Origin: Camelus dromedarius
Lineage: Eukaryota
Direction of reading: 5' to 3'
Length of the DNA: 64,000 nucleotides
NCBI RefSeq assembly: GCF_036321535.1
Contig: NC_087436.1
Location: 18,416,001 to 18,480,000, forward strand
The translations under genes were made by a program, and so were the position numbers. The notes beneath the pieces are model-generated. The model had not been told where the DNA came from, searched no databases, and saw only the letters and a program-made list of their open reading frames with translations. This document shows, piece by piece, positions 27,067 to 39,500 of this stretch (positions are counted from its first letter, which is position 1; each line of letters opens with the position of its first letter).

Positions 27067-27568
27067 TTCTCTAGGATCCATCTTGCAGTAAATCTTATAC
27101 ATACTTATTATGGATCTTCTGTTTTTATATCATATCATTAGTTGGGTTAACTCTGATTTTACTCTCCTTGTGCTTATGTTTATATCAAAGTTTAGGTCTT
27201 GTCTCAATGGTTAAAAAGCTGTTCAAATTCCTAGCGATGCAATAGAGAGTAGGTGAGTAACAGGTATCTGTTCTTTGACTAGTAACAACACACCCTACTC
27301 CCCACCCCAATCCACTTAGTCAAGAGATAAACAAATCATTTATCTTTTCAGCTGTCTCACCAACCCCATCAACATTCATTTTCTTTTTCCTATACCCCTA
27401 CCAGGTTACCATTCTTCGACTAGTTACCATCTACATCAACAGCAGGTTACCATCTGCTTCAACTAGTCTTGCCAAATATATCAATGCTAGGGGAAATTAT
27501 TTCATAATGTATACATCAAATCACTGGGCTGCATACTTTAAGTATCTCACAATTTTATTTGTGAATTA

Positions 27569-27789
27569 TGGTTGACCTCTGAACAACATGAGGGGTTTGG
27601 GGTGCTGACCCCTGGGCCATCAAAAATCTGCATATAACTTTAAAATCAGCTCTCCACATAGGATTCTGTATGCTCAGATTCAACTAACCGCAGACCATTT
27701 AGTACTGTAGTTAAGTATTTCTTGGGGAAAAAAACCTGTGTCTAAGTGGACTTATGCAGTTCAAACTACTGTTGTCCAAGGGTCAACTG
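27569..27789. mobile_element. Tigger2-family MITE (TcMar) with TA TSD, nested in an old L1 3' end
   Basis: TIRs gttgacctctgaacaac / gttgtccaagggtcaactg; TA at 27567-27568 and 27790-27791. Confidence 0.85.
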
Positions 27790-27863
27790 TATACCTCAAA
27801 AAAGTTGAAAGAAAAAAAACACCAGTGCTGAAGAGAGTAATTTGGTAAAAGATAATAACATTA

Positions 27864-27990
27864 CTCACAGCGAAAAAAAATGTGACAATGAATACATGTA
27901 TGTTCATGTATAACACTGGAAATTGTGTTCTACACTGGAATTTGACACAACATTGTAAAATGATTATAACTCAATAAAAAATGTTTTTAA
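27864..27990 (+). mobile_element. Very short L1 3' end with TSD
   Basis: ttgacacaacattgtaaaatgattataactcaataaaaaa. TSD aaaagataataacatta (27847-27863) / aaaagataatagcacta (27991-28007). Confidence 0.8.
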
Positions 27991-28124
27991 AAAAGATAAT
28001 AGCACTAATTGGTATCATAATTCAAAAGGAATGAATTTCTCATAGTGGAGAATCTGGAAGTTTCTGATCCAGGGATGAAACCAGAGTCAAGAGAATGGAG
28101 ACAAGAAACGACACTGCTATACGA

Positions 28125-28315
28125 CAGACAAAATAGATAAACAAGGTCCTACTGTACAGCACAGGGAACTATATTCAGTACCTTGCAAAAACCTATAATG
28201 GAAAAGAATCTGAAAATATATATATGTATTATGACTGAATCACTATGCTGTACACCAGAAACACAACACTGTAAATCAACTATCCCACAATAGGAAAAAA
28301 AAAAAAGAAGAAAAA
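28125..28315 (+). mobile_element. L1 3' UTR fragment with A-tail
   Basis: aaaatagataaacaaggtcctactgtacagcacagggaactatattcag...poly-A. Confidence 0.88.
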
Positions 28316-28859
28316 GATGCTGCTGCTTCTCAAATGGATGAAACAAGTGGCAACTCATTTAATTCAACTCGTTTAGCTTTTTTCCTTCTTTTGTCCTAGA
28401 AAGACCATCTTAAAATCACCTTAAAATTTGCTTAGCATCAATCAGCACAAAATCTTAGGCAGAGTTCAATAGTATGCAAGGTATACTAGCCCACACACTC
28501 TAAATGGACAGATTTCCCAACTCACCCTGTTTGTTCTTATATGATTCCAGAATTCCATGCAATTACATTTTATGGTGAATAAATTTAAATGCCTGATGTA
28601 ACAGCTAACCCCCTCCCCCCTACAAAAGCATTCCTTCAGTTCATGAAATACTGCTGTTTCTCCTATGTAGAGAAGGGGGAATAAATCCAAATATCAAGTT
28701 TTCAGTCAGAGAGGAACCACTAGGTCATGCTGCAGGGCTCATGTGGTTTGAATTAAATGCTGTTGCCACACCCACCCCAAAAAGTACCAAAGAAGCCACA
28801 TACAAACACAAAACACACAGAATGGACTGGAGGTCTATGAAAAAAACTATTAAGGGAAA

Positions 28860-30888
28860 ACCCTTCTATACAAAAACCACTAAAACCAATAAACAAGTTC
28901 AGCAAGGTAACAGGATACAAGATTAATGTGCAGAAATCTGTTACATTTCTTTACACTAACAATGAAATATCAGAAAGGGAAAGTAAAAAAAAAATCTCTT
29001 TTCAAATCTCATCAAAAAAAAAAAGTTAGGAATAAACCTGACCAAGAAGTTGCGAGACTTACATGCTAAGGTTAAAACTGATAAAGGAAATGGAAGATGA
29101 TTCAAAGAAATGGAAAGATATCCCATACTCTTGGATTGGAAGAACTAATATGGCTACAATGGCCATACTACACAGAGCAATCTACAGATTTAATGTGATT
29201 CCTATCAAATTACCCAGGACATTTTTCAAAGAACTAGAACAAATAATCCTAAAATGTATATGGAACCATAAAAACACCAGAATTGACAAAGTAACACTGA
29301 AGAAAAAGAATGAAGCTGGAGGAATAACCCTTCCAGATTTCAGACAATACTACAGAGCTATAGTAATCAAAACAGCATGGTGTTGGCACAAAAACAGACA
29401 TATGGATCAATGGAATAGAACAGAGAGCCCAGAAACAAACCTACACACCCACAGTCAATTACTGTTCGACAAAGGAGGCAAGAACATACAATGGAGAAAA
29501 GATAGTTTCTTCAGCAAGTTGGAAAAGCTGGACAGCCACATATGTAAATCAATGAAGTTAGACTACTCCCTCACACAATACACACATACACACAAAAACA
29601 CAGAATAGCTTAAAGACTTAAAGATTTGACACCATAAAATTCCTAGAAGAGAACATAGGCAAAACATTCTCTGACATAAATTGTAGCAATGCTTTCTTAG
29701 GCCAATCTTCCAAGGCAATAGAAATAAAAGCAAAAATAAACAAATGAGACCTAATCAAACTTATAAGCTTTTTGCACAGCAAAGGAAACCATAAACAAAA
29801 CTAAATGACAACCTACAGAATGGGAGAAAATATTTGCAAACAATGCAATTGACAAGGGCTTACTTCCAAAATATACAAACAGCTCATACAACTCAATAAC
29901 AAAAAATAAGCAACCCACTCAAAAAATGGGCAGAAAATCTAAATAGACATTTCTCCACATAAGACATACAAATGGCCAACAGGCACATGGAAAGATGTTC
30001 AACATCGCTAATTCTTAGAGAAATGCAAATCAAAACTATAATGAGGTACCACCTCACACCAGTCAGAATGGCCATCAAGAAGTCTACAAACAACAAATGC
30101 TGGAGAGGGTGTGCAGAAAAGGGAACCCTCCTACACTGTCCGTGGGAATGTAAATTGGTGCAGCCACTATGGAAAACAGTATGGAGGTTCCTTAAAACAA
30201 TAAAATAGTTACCATATGATCCAGCAATCCCACTCCTAGGAATATATTCAGAGAAAACTCTAATTTGAAAAGATACATGCATCCCAATGTTCACAGCAGC
30301 ACTATTCACAACAGCCAAGACATGGAAGCAACCTAAATCATCAACAGATGAATGAATAAAGATAAGCTGTATATACACAACAGAGTACTACTCAGCCATT
30401 TAAAAAATGCTGTTTGCAGCAATATGGACCTAGAGATTATCATACTAAGTGAAGTAAGTCAGACAGAGAAAGACAAATATCCTAGGATATCATTTATATG
30501 TGGAATCTAAAATATGACACAAATGAACTTATTTACAATACAGAAACAGACTCACAGACATAGAGAACAAACTTATGGTTACCAAAGGGGAAAGGGGGTG
30601 AGGGAAGGATAAATTAGGAGTTTGGGATTAACAGATACACACTACTATATATAAAATAGATTTAAAAAAACAAGGTCCTACTGAATAGCACAGGGAACTA
30701 TATTCAATATCCTGTAATAAACCATAATGGAAAAGAATATGAAAAAGTGTTTGTGTATATATATATATATACATGCACACACATACATATGTATAACTGA
30801 ATTACTTTGCTGTACACAAGAAACTGACACATTATAAATTAACTATACTTCAATCTTTAAAAAAAAAAAAATTAAAGAAAAAAGAAAA
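28860..30888 (+). mobile_element. 5'-truncated L1, ~2 kb (degraded ORF2 C-terminal part incl. Cys-rich domain + 3' UTR)
   Basis: ORF 29063-29608 ([12 protein letters not shown]...[21 protein letters not shown]) and 29972-30208 ([11 protein letters not shown]...[26 protein letters not shown]) are L1 ORF2p segments broken by stops/frameshifts; A-tail at ~30860-30888. Confidence 0.96.
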
Positions 30889-31894
30889 TCCCAGAGAAGC
30901 CTTAAACCGTTTTAAAGAAATTTAACCCCAGGATACTAGAAAGAGGATAACTTAACTTACAAATAAACTGCCTCTCCGAAATGTCTACCCATAAGCAGCT
31001 CTTTTCCAGTCCCTAACTTCACACCCAGTCTTTTGTTCCAATGCACATAGTTTCCACAAGCCTAGCAGGAACTCCCAGCTCTCAGCCACTGAAAGCCCCA
31101 CCCAGCACCCACACAGCTGCAGTCTCTCCCCTCCCGCCCAGAGGAGACACAGAGCCCCTCCACCTGGGAGGCCGGGAAACCAGCCACAAATGAGAACATC
31201 TTTTCTTCACTAGTTCTGTTGCCAACTAACGAACCGGCCCTCAGATAATCAAGTCGGCAAATGAATAGATCTCTTTCTTAAAAGATTGTTGTTTGTTTGT
31301 TTGAAGTTATTTATCATGAAAGGGACAGGATAGGGACATTCCAGGGGAGAATCTGGGGAAATAAGAAAGTCCCAAAAGGAAGCCAGTCCGTTAGAAGAGA
31401 TACAACAAGTGAATCAGGGTAGGGAAGGAGAGACAGTGCTCAAAACAGGAGGAAAGACTGGAGGGGTCAAAATGTACAGAGGCTGCAGCCAGCAACACAG
31501 AACCTCCGGGTATCTCAGCGTGCGTCCTTGGGCCAGCTATGCACTTGGGGGAGAAGCTTTATGTTGAAGGACTATCCCAAGCCTCACGTGAGCTGGATTC
31601 TCCACCTGCCCCTGCCCAGTAGAAACCCTGTAAACTTGCACAAGCGATAAGCTCTCTAGACCTCCATATCATCATCTGTAAAATTTCTCTGCCGACTGGA
31701 CAGGAATTGGAACCTGACAGTACTCACTTCCTCGAGCTCTTCTGAAAATCTAAGGAGCTAGGCATTTAAACTAAGCCTTCCGTAAATGGTCAGCATCAAA
31801 TCATCTTCCCAAGCTGGAAAGGGGTGGCGACTTGAATACCGGGAAGCAGCAAAGTACAGATCCAAGACCGTGAGATTTGATGTCACTTAGACCT

Positions 31895-32168
31895 TGGCTC
31901 CCAACAGAAGTCATTAGCCACGTGGGGCTGAGCCCCGGAAATGTGACTGGTCTCCATGGATGTTTCCTGTTAGTGTAAAATGCGCTCTGGATTCCAAAGA
32001 TAAGTGCAAAAGATATTTACGCTGATTACAATTTTTATGTTAAAATGGCACTACTTTGGATATGCTGGATTAATGAAATATATTAAAAATTAATTTCATC
32101 TTTTTTTAATGCAGTTACTAGAAAAATTTAAATTATACACAAGGTTTACATTACATCTTTAGACAGCA
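31895..32168. mobile_element. MER3/MER33-like hAT MITE
   Basis: agccacgtggggctgag, tagtgtaaaatgcgctctggattcc, aaaattaatttcatcttt...actagaaaaatttaaattatac. Confidence 0.65.
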
Positions 32169-32460
32169 ATGAGCTGCACTTTGATTCACAGATTCGCTCT
32201 GCTTGTTACCTACTCGGGGCAAGTTATTCCACCTCTGAGCGTCAATTTCTCTATGAATAAAATAAAGATAGTAGCTCTTAAATGAGATAAGGTACAGAGT
32301 TCTTTGCACAACTGGCAGCTGGAAGCTTAACAAATTGATTGTAATTCATTTATTCAGCAAATATCTGACTACTTAAAATATCTATTACATTGTAAGTAAG
32401 ACAAAAACCCCTGCTTCCATCGTTTACATTCTGAGAAAAACAAACATTAAAATACACACA

Positions 32461-32587
32461 GGGGGAGGGTATAGCTCAGTGGTAGAGCACATGCTTAGCA
32501 TGCACGAGGTCCTGGGTTCAATCCCCAGTGCCTCCATAAAAATAAACAAATCTCAATACCCTCATAAAAAATTTAAAAAAGAAATTA
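32461..32587 (+). mobile_element. Full-length tRNA-derived SINE (camelid Vic-1-like)
   Basis: gggggagggtatagctcagtggtagagcacatgcttagcatgcacgaggtcctgggttcaatccccagt with intact A box (tagctcagtgg) and B box (gggttcaatcc); A-rich tail; TSD-like taaaatacacaca / taaaatagataca. Confidence 0.92.
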
Positions 32588-32794
32588 TAAAATAGATACA
32601 TAAAATCACACACTAGGTGACAGGTGCCCTGGTGTATAAAAGGCAGGGAAGGGGGAGGAAGAATGGGGAAGGGGTTGGGGTGCAACTGAAACACTGTGTT
32701 CAGAAAGGCCTCACTTTGAAAAACACTGGAGTGTGGAAGCATGTTACACATTACTAGCATCAAAAATATCAGCCCAGGGGATACAGGGTTTCTT

Positions 32795-32972
32795 CTTTTT
32801 ACTTTTTTTGAGTTAAGAACTCTTTTTAATTTTAATTTAAAAACTTTGGGGGGGGAGGTAATTAGGTTTATTTATTTATTTATTTATTTAATGAAGGTAC
32901 TGGAGATCTAACTCAGGACCTTGTATATGCTAAGCACGTGCTCTACCACTGAACTATACTATACCCACCCCT
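32795..32972 (-). mobile_element. tRNA-derived SINE, reverse orientation
   Basis: T-rich and (ttta)n tail, then ggtactggagatctaactcaggaccttgtatatgctaagcacgtgctctaccactgaactatac. Confidence 0.9.
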
Positions 32973-32974
32973 CT

Positions 32975-33147
32975 AGGGGTTTTTTCTGGGGAGATGAAAA
33001 TATTCTAAAATTGACTGCGGTGATGGCTACACAGATCTGTGAACATATGTAAAACCACTGACTCGTACCCTTTAAATGGGTGAATCACACGGCATGTGAA
33101 TTACATCTCAAGAAAGCTGTTACAAAATAAATACCAAAAAAAAAAAG
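32975..33147 (+). mobile_element. Old L1 (L1MB-like) 3' end
   Basis: gatgaaaatattctaaaattgactgcggtgatgg...ctttaaatgggtgaa...gtgaattacatctcaagaaagctgtt. Confidence 0.8.
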
Positions 33148-34334
33148 TATCAGCCAAAGGTTTACTCATATGTAACTGCAACACATTCTGTACAGAGTTA
33201 AGTGGAAAACAGCTCCTCTTGATAAAGACATGATTATAACACACCAAGCAAGCCTTGGCACATGTAGGTACTAAGTTCATACTTGCACTGTGCCTGCCCC
33301 TCAACCCAGTCTGCCCCTCCCTTTCCGGGCCCTGGTGAGGTGGCAATCTTGGGCAAACCTGTTCTGTATCACAGCTTACAACCGGCTGGGCGGGGGCGGG
33401 CACCAGATCCAAGAGCAGCCAGTCGACACACTGGCCAGTGACCTCCCAAGAGTCAGACAACTTCTCCCCAGACAAGGACAATTGTCATTGGCTGGCCAAT
33501 CACATTTTTAAGAAGCTGACATAGCAATATGGAAATACTCAGACATGCAGTGCTGGGTAGTGAGGCTAGGCGAACATTCAGAAGTGGCCCATATGGAAGG
33601 AAGCAGAAAATGAACAGAGAAGCTACTGATGCTACCCAGGTGGAAGCTGGTCAAAGGAAAACAAGATGACGGACACAGAGCAGCAAAGACTGGGAAGACG
33701 AGCTGGGGCACAAGACTTTGGCTCAAAACGAGACTGCCCTGTGCTCCCAGTGACTTTCTGCTTCTGGTTTCTTAATTCTCTCCTGGTGTGCCAAGCTGAA
33801 GACATTATATTTGATTTAGATTTTCCAGCAAATCTAAGAGGCCAATGAGTCCTTCTAACTTTCCTTTGGCCTCATTTATTCACTTCCCTGAGCTCTCTCC
33901 CTGCTCCCGCAGAGGAATATCTGATCATTTTTCTTCAAATCGCATATTTCCGTGTGTCCTGCTCCAAAATCACAACTACTTTCTGGTTCTGTTTTAGGGC
34001 AGAACTTAGAGCCACACTCATCCTTCCTATAAGCCCTAACATTTTCCACTACATCCTAAATGATCCTGGGTATTCAAGCTATTCCCCTTTCCCAGACACT
34101 CCAGTCCCTCAACCACCCTAGGTCAAGTCTACCTTCTCCAAGGAAACATTTTTTTCCCTCCCAAATTAAGGCTTTTTACTTGCTCTGAGGGGAACAACCT
34201 TCCTCTGGAATTTGCATAACTTGCTCCCTGAATACATCTTTTTAATTACACCAAGAATCCATGAAGGCCCCTCTTCTTATAATCTGGTGAGAAAACATAG
34301 CACTTAAATTTCACAGAACCATTTCTTTCATGTG

Positions 34335-34595
34335 TTTTATTTTTATTTCAATTTTTTTTTACTGACATCTAGTTGATTTACAATGTTGTGTTAGTTTCAG
34401 TATATAGCAAAATGATTGAGATATACAGATAAAAAGATACAGATAAATATTTTTCAGACTCTTTTCCATTACAGGTTATTGCAAGACATTGAATATAGTT
34501 CCCTGTGCTCTACAGTATGTCCTTGTTGTTTATCTGTTTTATAGGTAGTAGTGTGTATCTGTTAATCCCAACCTCCTAATTTATCCCTCCTCCCA
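34335..34595 (-). mobile_element. L1 3' UTR fragment
   Basis: gttgatttacaatgttgtgttagtttcag...tgaatatagttccctgtgc...ctcctaatttatccctcc. Confidence 0.9.
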
Positions 34596-35232
34596 TGTTT
34601 TTTATTTCTATAACTAGATTGTAAATCCTAATAAGACAGCATATTATACTTTTGCATGTCTCTCTGGCTCGCTAAGATCCGTAACAACACAGTCCATATC
34701 AACAGAGCTCAGGGGACACCTGCTGACTAACTGATGCTGAATGGAGAAACACGATGAAGGTCCTCACCACTAGAATTCTGACCTGCTTTGGGCAGATGCA
34801 GAAACTGTCTCATTCTACAGCCATTCCAATCTTCTCTTCCTCTGCCTGCCTCTGCCACAAAGAACTCTTTCCCAGACTTCCTTGCAGCGAGGGGAAGCCA
34901 TGGGAAAGCTTAGGCCAATGACGTATAAGCAGGGGCTGATGGGAGATTTCTGGGAAAGCCTTTGATACAGACTTCCTCCTTTCTTCTTCTTTCCCCCTTT
35001 TTTCCCCCAGAAAGGGGGAGTCATGGCTAGACTATCCTGTAAACCATGAGCAAAGAGCCACAAAACTTGAAGAATTATCATCCTTGAAAAACAGCCAGCA
35101 ATCACCTACTATTGACATGTTACGTGAGGGGGGAGGGAAATCAACCAACCAACAGGGTCAAGGTCTGTCAACTCATTTTTCTGTCCCATGCAGCCCATTG
35201 TTACTGATGCACTGCTTTCCAAGATACAATGG

Positions 35233-35657
35233 CAGAAAACAAACTTATGGTTACCAAAGGGGAAAGGGGAGAGGGGCCTGGACGGGAAGGGTAGCGGGGA
35301 AGAGGGAGAAATTAGGAGTTCGGGATGAACAGATAACATACTACTATATATGAAATAGATAAAGACCGCCCATTTTGTAGTCTGCTGGAACCCAATTCAA
35401 GTGCTTCCTGGATCTGCGTCTCCTGGCCTTCAGTCCTAACCAACCTCAAATAAACTCACTTTTTGGCTTCAAACAAAACAAAACAAAACAAGGACCTACT
35501 TACTGTATAGCACAGGGAACTACATTCAGTATCTTGTAATAACCTGTAATGGAAAAGAATCTGAAAAAGAATAGATATATAGAACTGAATCACCTTGTTG
35601 TACACCTGAAACTAACACAACACTGCAAATCAACTGTACTCCAATAAAATTTTTAAA
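35233..35657 (+). mobile_element. L1 3' UTR fragment containing a ~130-bp foreign insert
   Basis: aaacaaacttatggttaccaaaggggaaagg...; TSD aagatacaatgg (35221-35232) / aagatataatgg (35658-35669). Confidence 0.85.
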
Positions 35658-35961
35658 AAGATATAATGGGATAAACACTGCAATATAAACCAAGGGCAAA
35701 ATACAGCCACGGGGACTGACTCACCATGTACTACAGACACACACACACACCACCCTATGCTCTGCAGTGACAGTCTAGCTGCTGAAGGAGACAAAGGGAC
35801 AAGTATAACCTACACTCTAATAAGGGCAAAGAAGCAAAGAGGGTGGTCTCTCTGTACTGTGTTTATAAAGAGCCAAAGCAGAGCTACTCCCTACCACATT
35901 TTATCAGCAGCTTGCCAAAGAAAAGGCCAGTGATGTCACTGTTTTCAAAGAATCCTCTCTC

Positions 35962-36570
35962 AAAATAAAACTCAAAAAGACACATGCTCCCCAATATTCA
36001 CAGCAGCAGTACATGCAATAGCCAAGACATGGAAACAACTCAAATGTCCATCGGCAGATGACCCAATAGAGAAGATGTGGTACATATATACAGTGGAATA
36101 CTACTCAGCCATAAAAAAGAATAAAATAATGCCATTTGCAGCAATGTAGCAACATGGATGGGCCTGAAGATCATCATTCTAAGTGAAGTGGGCCAGAAAG
36201 AGAAAAATGCCATGTATCACTTACATGTGGAATCTAAAAAAAAATTTTAAAATAAGGACACAAATGAACTACTTATTATTTATAACTTAGATGATCAATT
36301 TCTTGAATATGTGTAAGTACATTTGACTGTCCTTTATGATTGGATCACCACATTCTGTTGATTCTTATTTTGTGGTGGGCTTTATTCCTTTGATAACTAC
36401 GTAAGTTAAAAAAGCTGAAGCTCTAATCTGTTCTTAGAAACAATGATCAGTACATATATGTAAACAAAAAATATGTGCAGTATATTGTATATATGTATTT
36501 ACATGCAACATAATGTATATGTGCAGTCAAACTGTAATAATTCTACCCAATAAAACTGAAAAAGGAAAAA
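35962..36570 (+). mobile_element. Retroposed insert: L1 fragment (~35962-36275) + non-L1 polyadenylated tail
   Basis: L1 motifs gccaagacatggaaacaac...tactactcagccataaaaaagaat; TSD 35947-35961 / 36571-36585. Confidence 0.8.
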
Positions 36571-39500
36571 AAAGAGCCCTCTCTCTTTTTGATCACATGG
36601 TACCAGTTGATATTCCTGCAGCCAGGGTCCCTTCCTCTTTACAAAGAGCCCAAAGGAATGGGAGGCCTTGCAATTTTCTAGGGAAAATTAAATGGAAGTG
36701 ATGCCACCAACCCAGAATGGCCAGGCTCAGTTTATCACAAGAGCTGGCAATGCAAGAAAAAACTTTAAGAAGGAAAAATATGACATTTTGTTCTTCCTGA
36801 AACAACATGGACTTCTAATATTACAGCTTTAGTTTTGCTTAAATAACATGACTGCTTATACTTTATTGCCTGGGAATGTTTCAAAGCTGTCATTCTGAAC
36901 GAATTTTAATATTCCTTCAGGGACCCTGTTCTAGTAGATCTAATAAAAGAATGCACAACTTCACTGTGTAGCAAAATCACTATTTTTATTTGTCTTTTTC
37001 CTGTTATTCTGCTTTATGTGAAACAAATGAAACAGTCATACCCCACCTTTACTCATGTGTAACAGTGAAAACTCACCCACACTGTTTATCCCTAAAGGGA
37101 GACAGACTAAAGAAAAATCTGTATATGACTTTTCAGCGTATTACATATACACAGTCATTAAGGAATGACGATAGAAAGTCAACCAAAAGAAATAAACTAA
37201 CCACTCTGAGCTTTCCTTTCCATCTCGAAGCAGTCCAGGGCGCAGAGAGGAATCTGAATGCTCTCCCAACTGTGCCCCAACTCTCCCGCAGGCCTGTCTT
37301 CAGGCTTTAAAAATTGATCGACTCCACTTAGGCCAAAACAACTTTCTAACCAGACTCTAAGCACTTCTCCCTTCCAAGAGTTCTGATTTTGACTGTTTTC
37401 ATCAGATATGAAGTATCCTGGCGGGAATCTGCCAGGAAACGGAGACAGAAGACAGGGCCATGTGGTACAAAGTGAAAAAAGGCCTTTTCTGCGTCTTCCA
37501 ACCGCAGCTCGGGAACAGGACAGACATCAGAAGCCCTGCATTCTCACATTCTCATCTGCTTCTTTAACTGATATCACTTGACTTCAAACACTGCCAACAT
37601 TCCAGGAGCCGGACAGGAATTTACTCAGCAAGGATTAATTCAACACCAGAGAGCCAGGCATAGTTCTAGGCCCTGGCTGGGGATGAAAATCAGATAATGC
37701 CCTGGAGGGGCTGAGCGTCTACTGGGATCTGGAAGGTGAGGGGCGGGAGGTTTTTAGGAACATTCAGTCTCTATCAAGACCGGTAGTAGCTGATGAATGG
37801 AAGCCCCAGCCACAAAACAATGTCACATCATCCCTGGTCAATTCTTCAATTTCCCTACTTCAACTTCAAACCAGGCATCAAGAGGAAGGGCTTTCCATCA
37901 CAGGAATAATTAAATGGTTGAGTCTCAATAGCTTCTCTCACACTGATCTGAATTTTTGATACACGTGAATATGACGTGAGCATCAATGAAGTTTGTTTCA
38001 AAAGAAGAAAAAAAATCACCCTTTAAATATGATTTCCTCATTTATTTCATCACTACATGGTAAATATACAGATAAGAACAAATGACCTCAATGTAAATGC
38101 AATGCTACAAATGAGCTTCCTCAAACAGATGGGACAAAGCACTCATCTATGAGCACACAGGGCGTGTTTCCTCATCTGCAGAGTAAAAGAGTTGGGCGTA
38201 CCTTCCAGACTCACAGCGAAAGTCAGAACACCAGGACTTTAATTCCAGCTTTGTCTGTGGAAACTGAGATTTACTAAATTCAAAATTTATCAGATAAACT
38301 CTGAAATATTTCAAAACTAACTACAATGTCTTCGTTAATCATTGTCTCTGACTTTGGCCAAAATTCTTAACATTCTGGATAGCAAGTTCCTCCTAGGGGA
38401 ACCAGAAGATAATTTATACCTTCACCAAGGAGAATGAGAAGACACCTAGAAAGAAAAGAAATGGCTGTTTGGGAAGAAAGTAAGTACAGCTTGGGGGCAT
38501 CCGATAAGCAGCACAGGGTCCAAACTGGCACTGACAGGAAAGCATCCATTCTGCAACACGAAGGAAAAGATTCTCCCCTAAGGACTGAAATCCTGCTGGC
38601 CTCTGCCTGTCAGTGATAAGACAGGGAGCTCAAAGTGCCAGTAACATCCGGCTGTCAGCACAGTTCAAACCCAATGCGCCCTCTTGTTCATTAACAAGAA
38701 CGCTACTTTTTAAATTCTGCTTTGGCTAAAAAGCAAACAACAATGATCTTTTTCATTTTTTTTACAATACAAGTAGGATAGGATAGCCACTATTCCAGAT
38801 CATCTGAAAATGACTTCCTTTCCTGTGACTTTTAATAGCTTAAAGGAAGTTTTATCACCTTCATGGAAAATTTTTAAATTTTCTAAAGTGCGCTTTGCGG
38901 ACATAACTCCCTCCCCCATGGCTTTACTCAAGATAAGGTTTGTGAAATACATACTGTATCAATGGCAAGAATGTATGCTCTTCTAGAAAACTCATGGCTT
39001 CAGAGAGTGACTGGAGGGGGCCACACAGCTTTCCAGGCAAGTAACTCAACCTTTCTAAACCCGGGTTCCTAAATTGCAAAATGGCATGTACTATAAGAGG
39101 AACTACCAAACAGGACTGCTGTGAGAAGTGCTAATTAAACACACCTTGGACCCTTACACAGCGTTAAAAATTTAATTTAAAATCCCTATTAACTCCTACT
39201 ACTACTACAACCACCACCATTATCATCCTTACTTCTAGTAAACTTAGGAATCTGTTTTAGTACACCTCAGATAATGTTTACCAATGGCTCAACTTCTAAG
39301 TAGATGATGAGGAAAATTAAAATAAAATCTAACTGCTCTTATTTGAGACTGCAGTAATCTACTCATTGCTGTTTTAATTTAAAGATATTTTACATCCACC
39401 TTCATTTAAACAAATTCAAGTTGGATATTCATACACAGCTTAAAAAAATAGTTGAGATGACTTACTCACTTTAAAGCCATCATCACTGATCTCCTCTAAA

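Noticed and set aside
29063..30208. ORFs of 181 and 78 aa as host genes or an active L1
   Set aside because: They are broken pieces of L1 ORF2p in a 5'-truncated copy lacking ORF1, the endonuclease and most of the RT.
32461..32535. tRNA gene
   Set aside because: A/B boxes are present, but it has an A-rich tail, TSD-like flanks and several diverged copies in the window, so it is a SINE.
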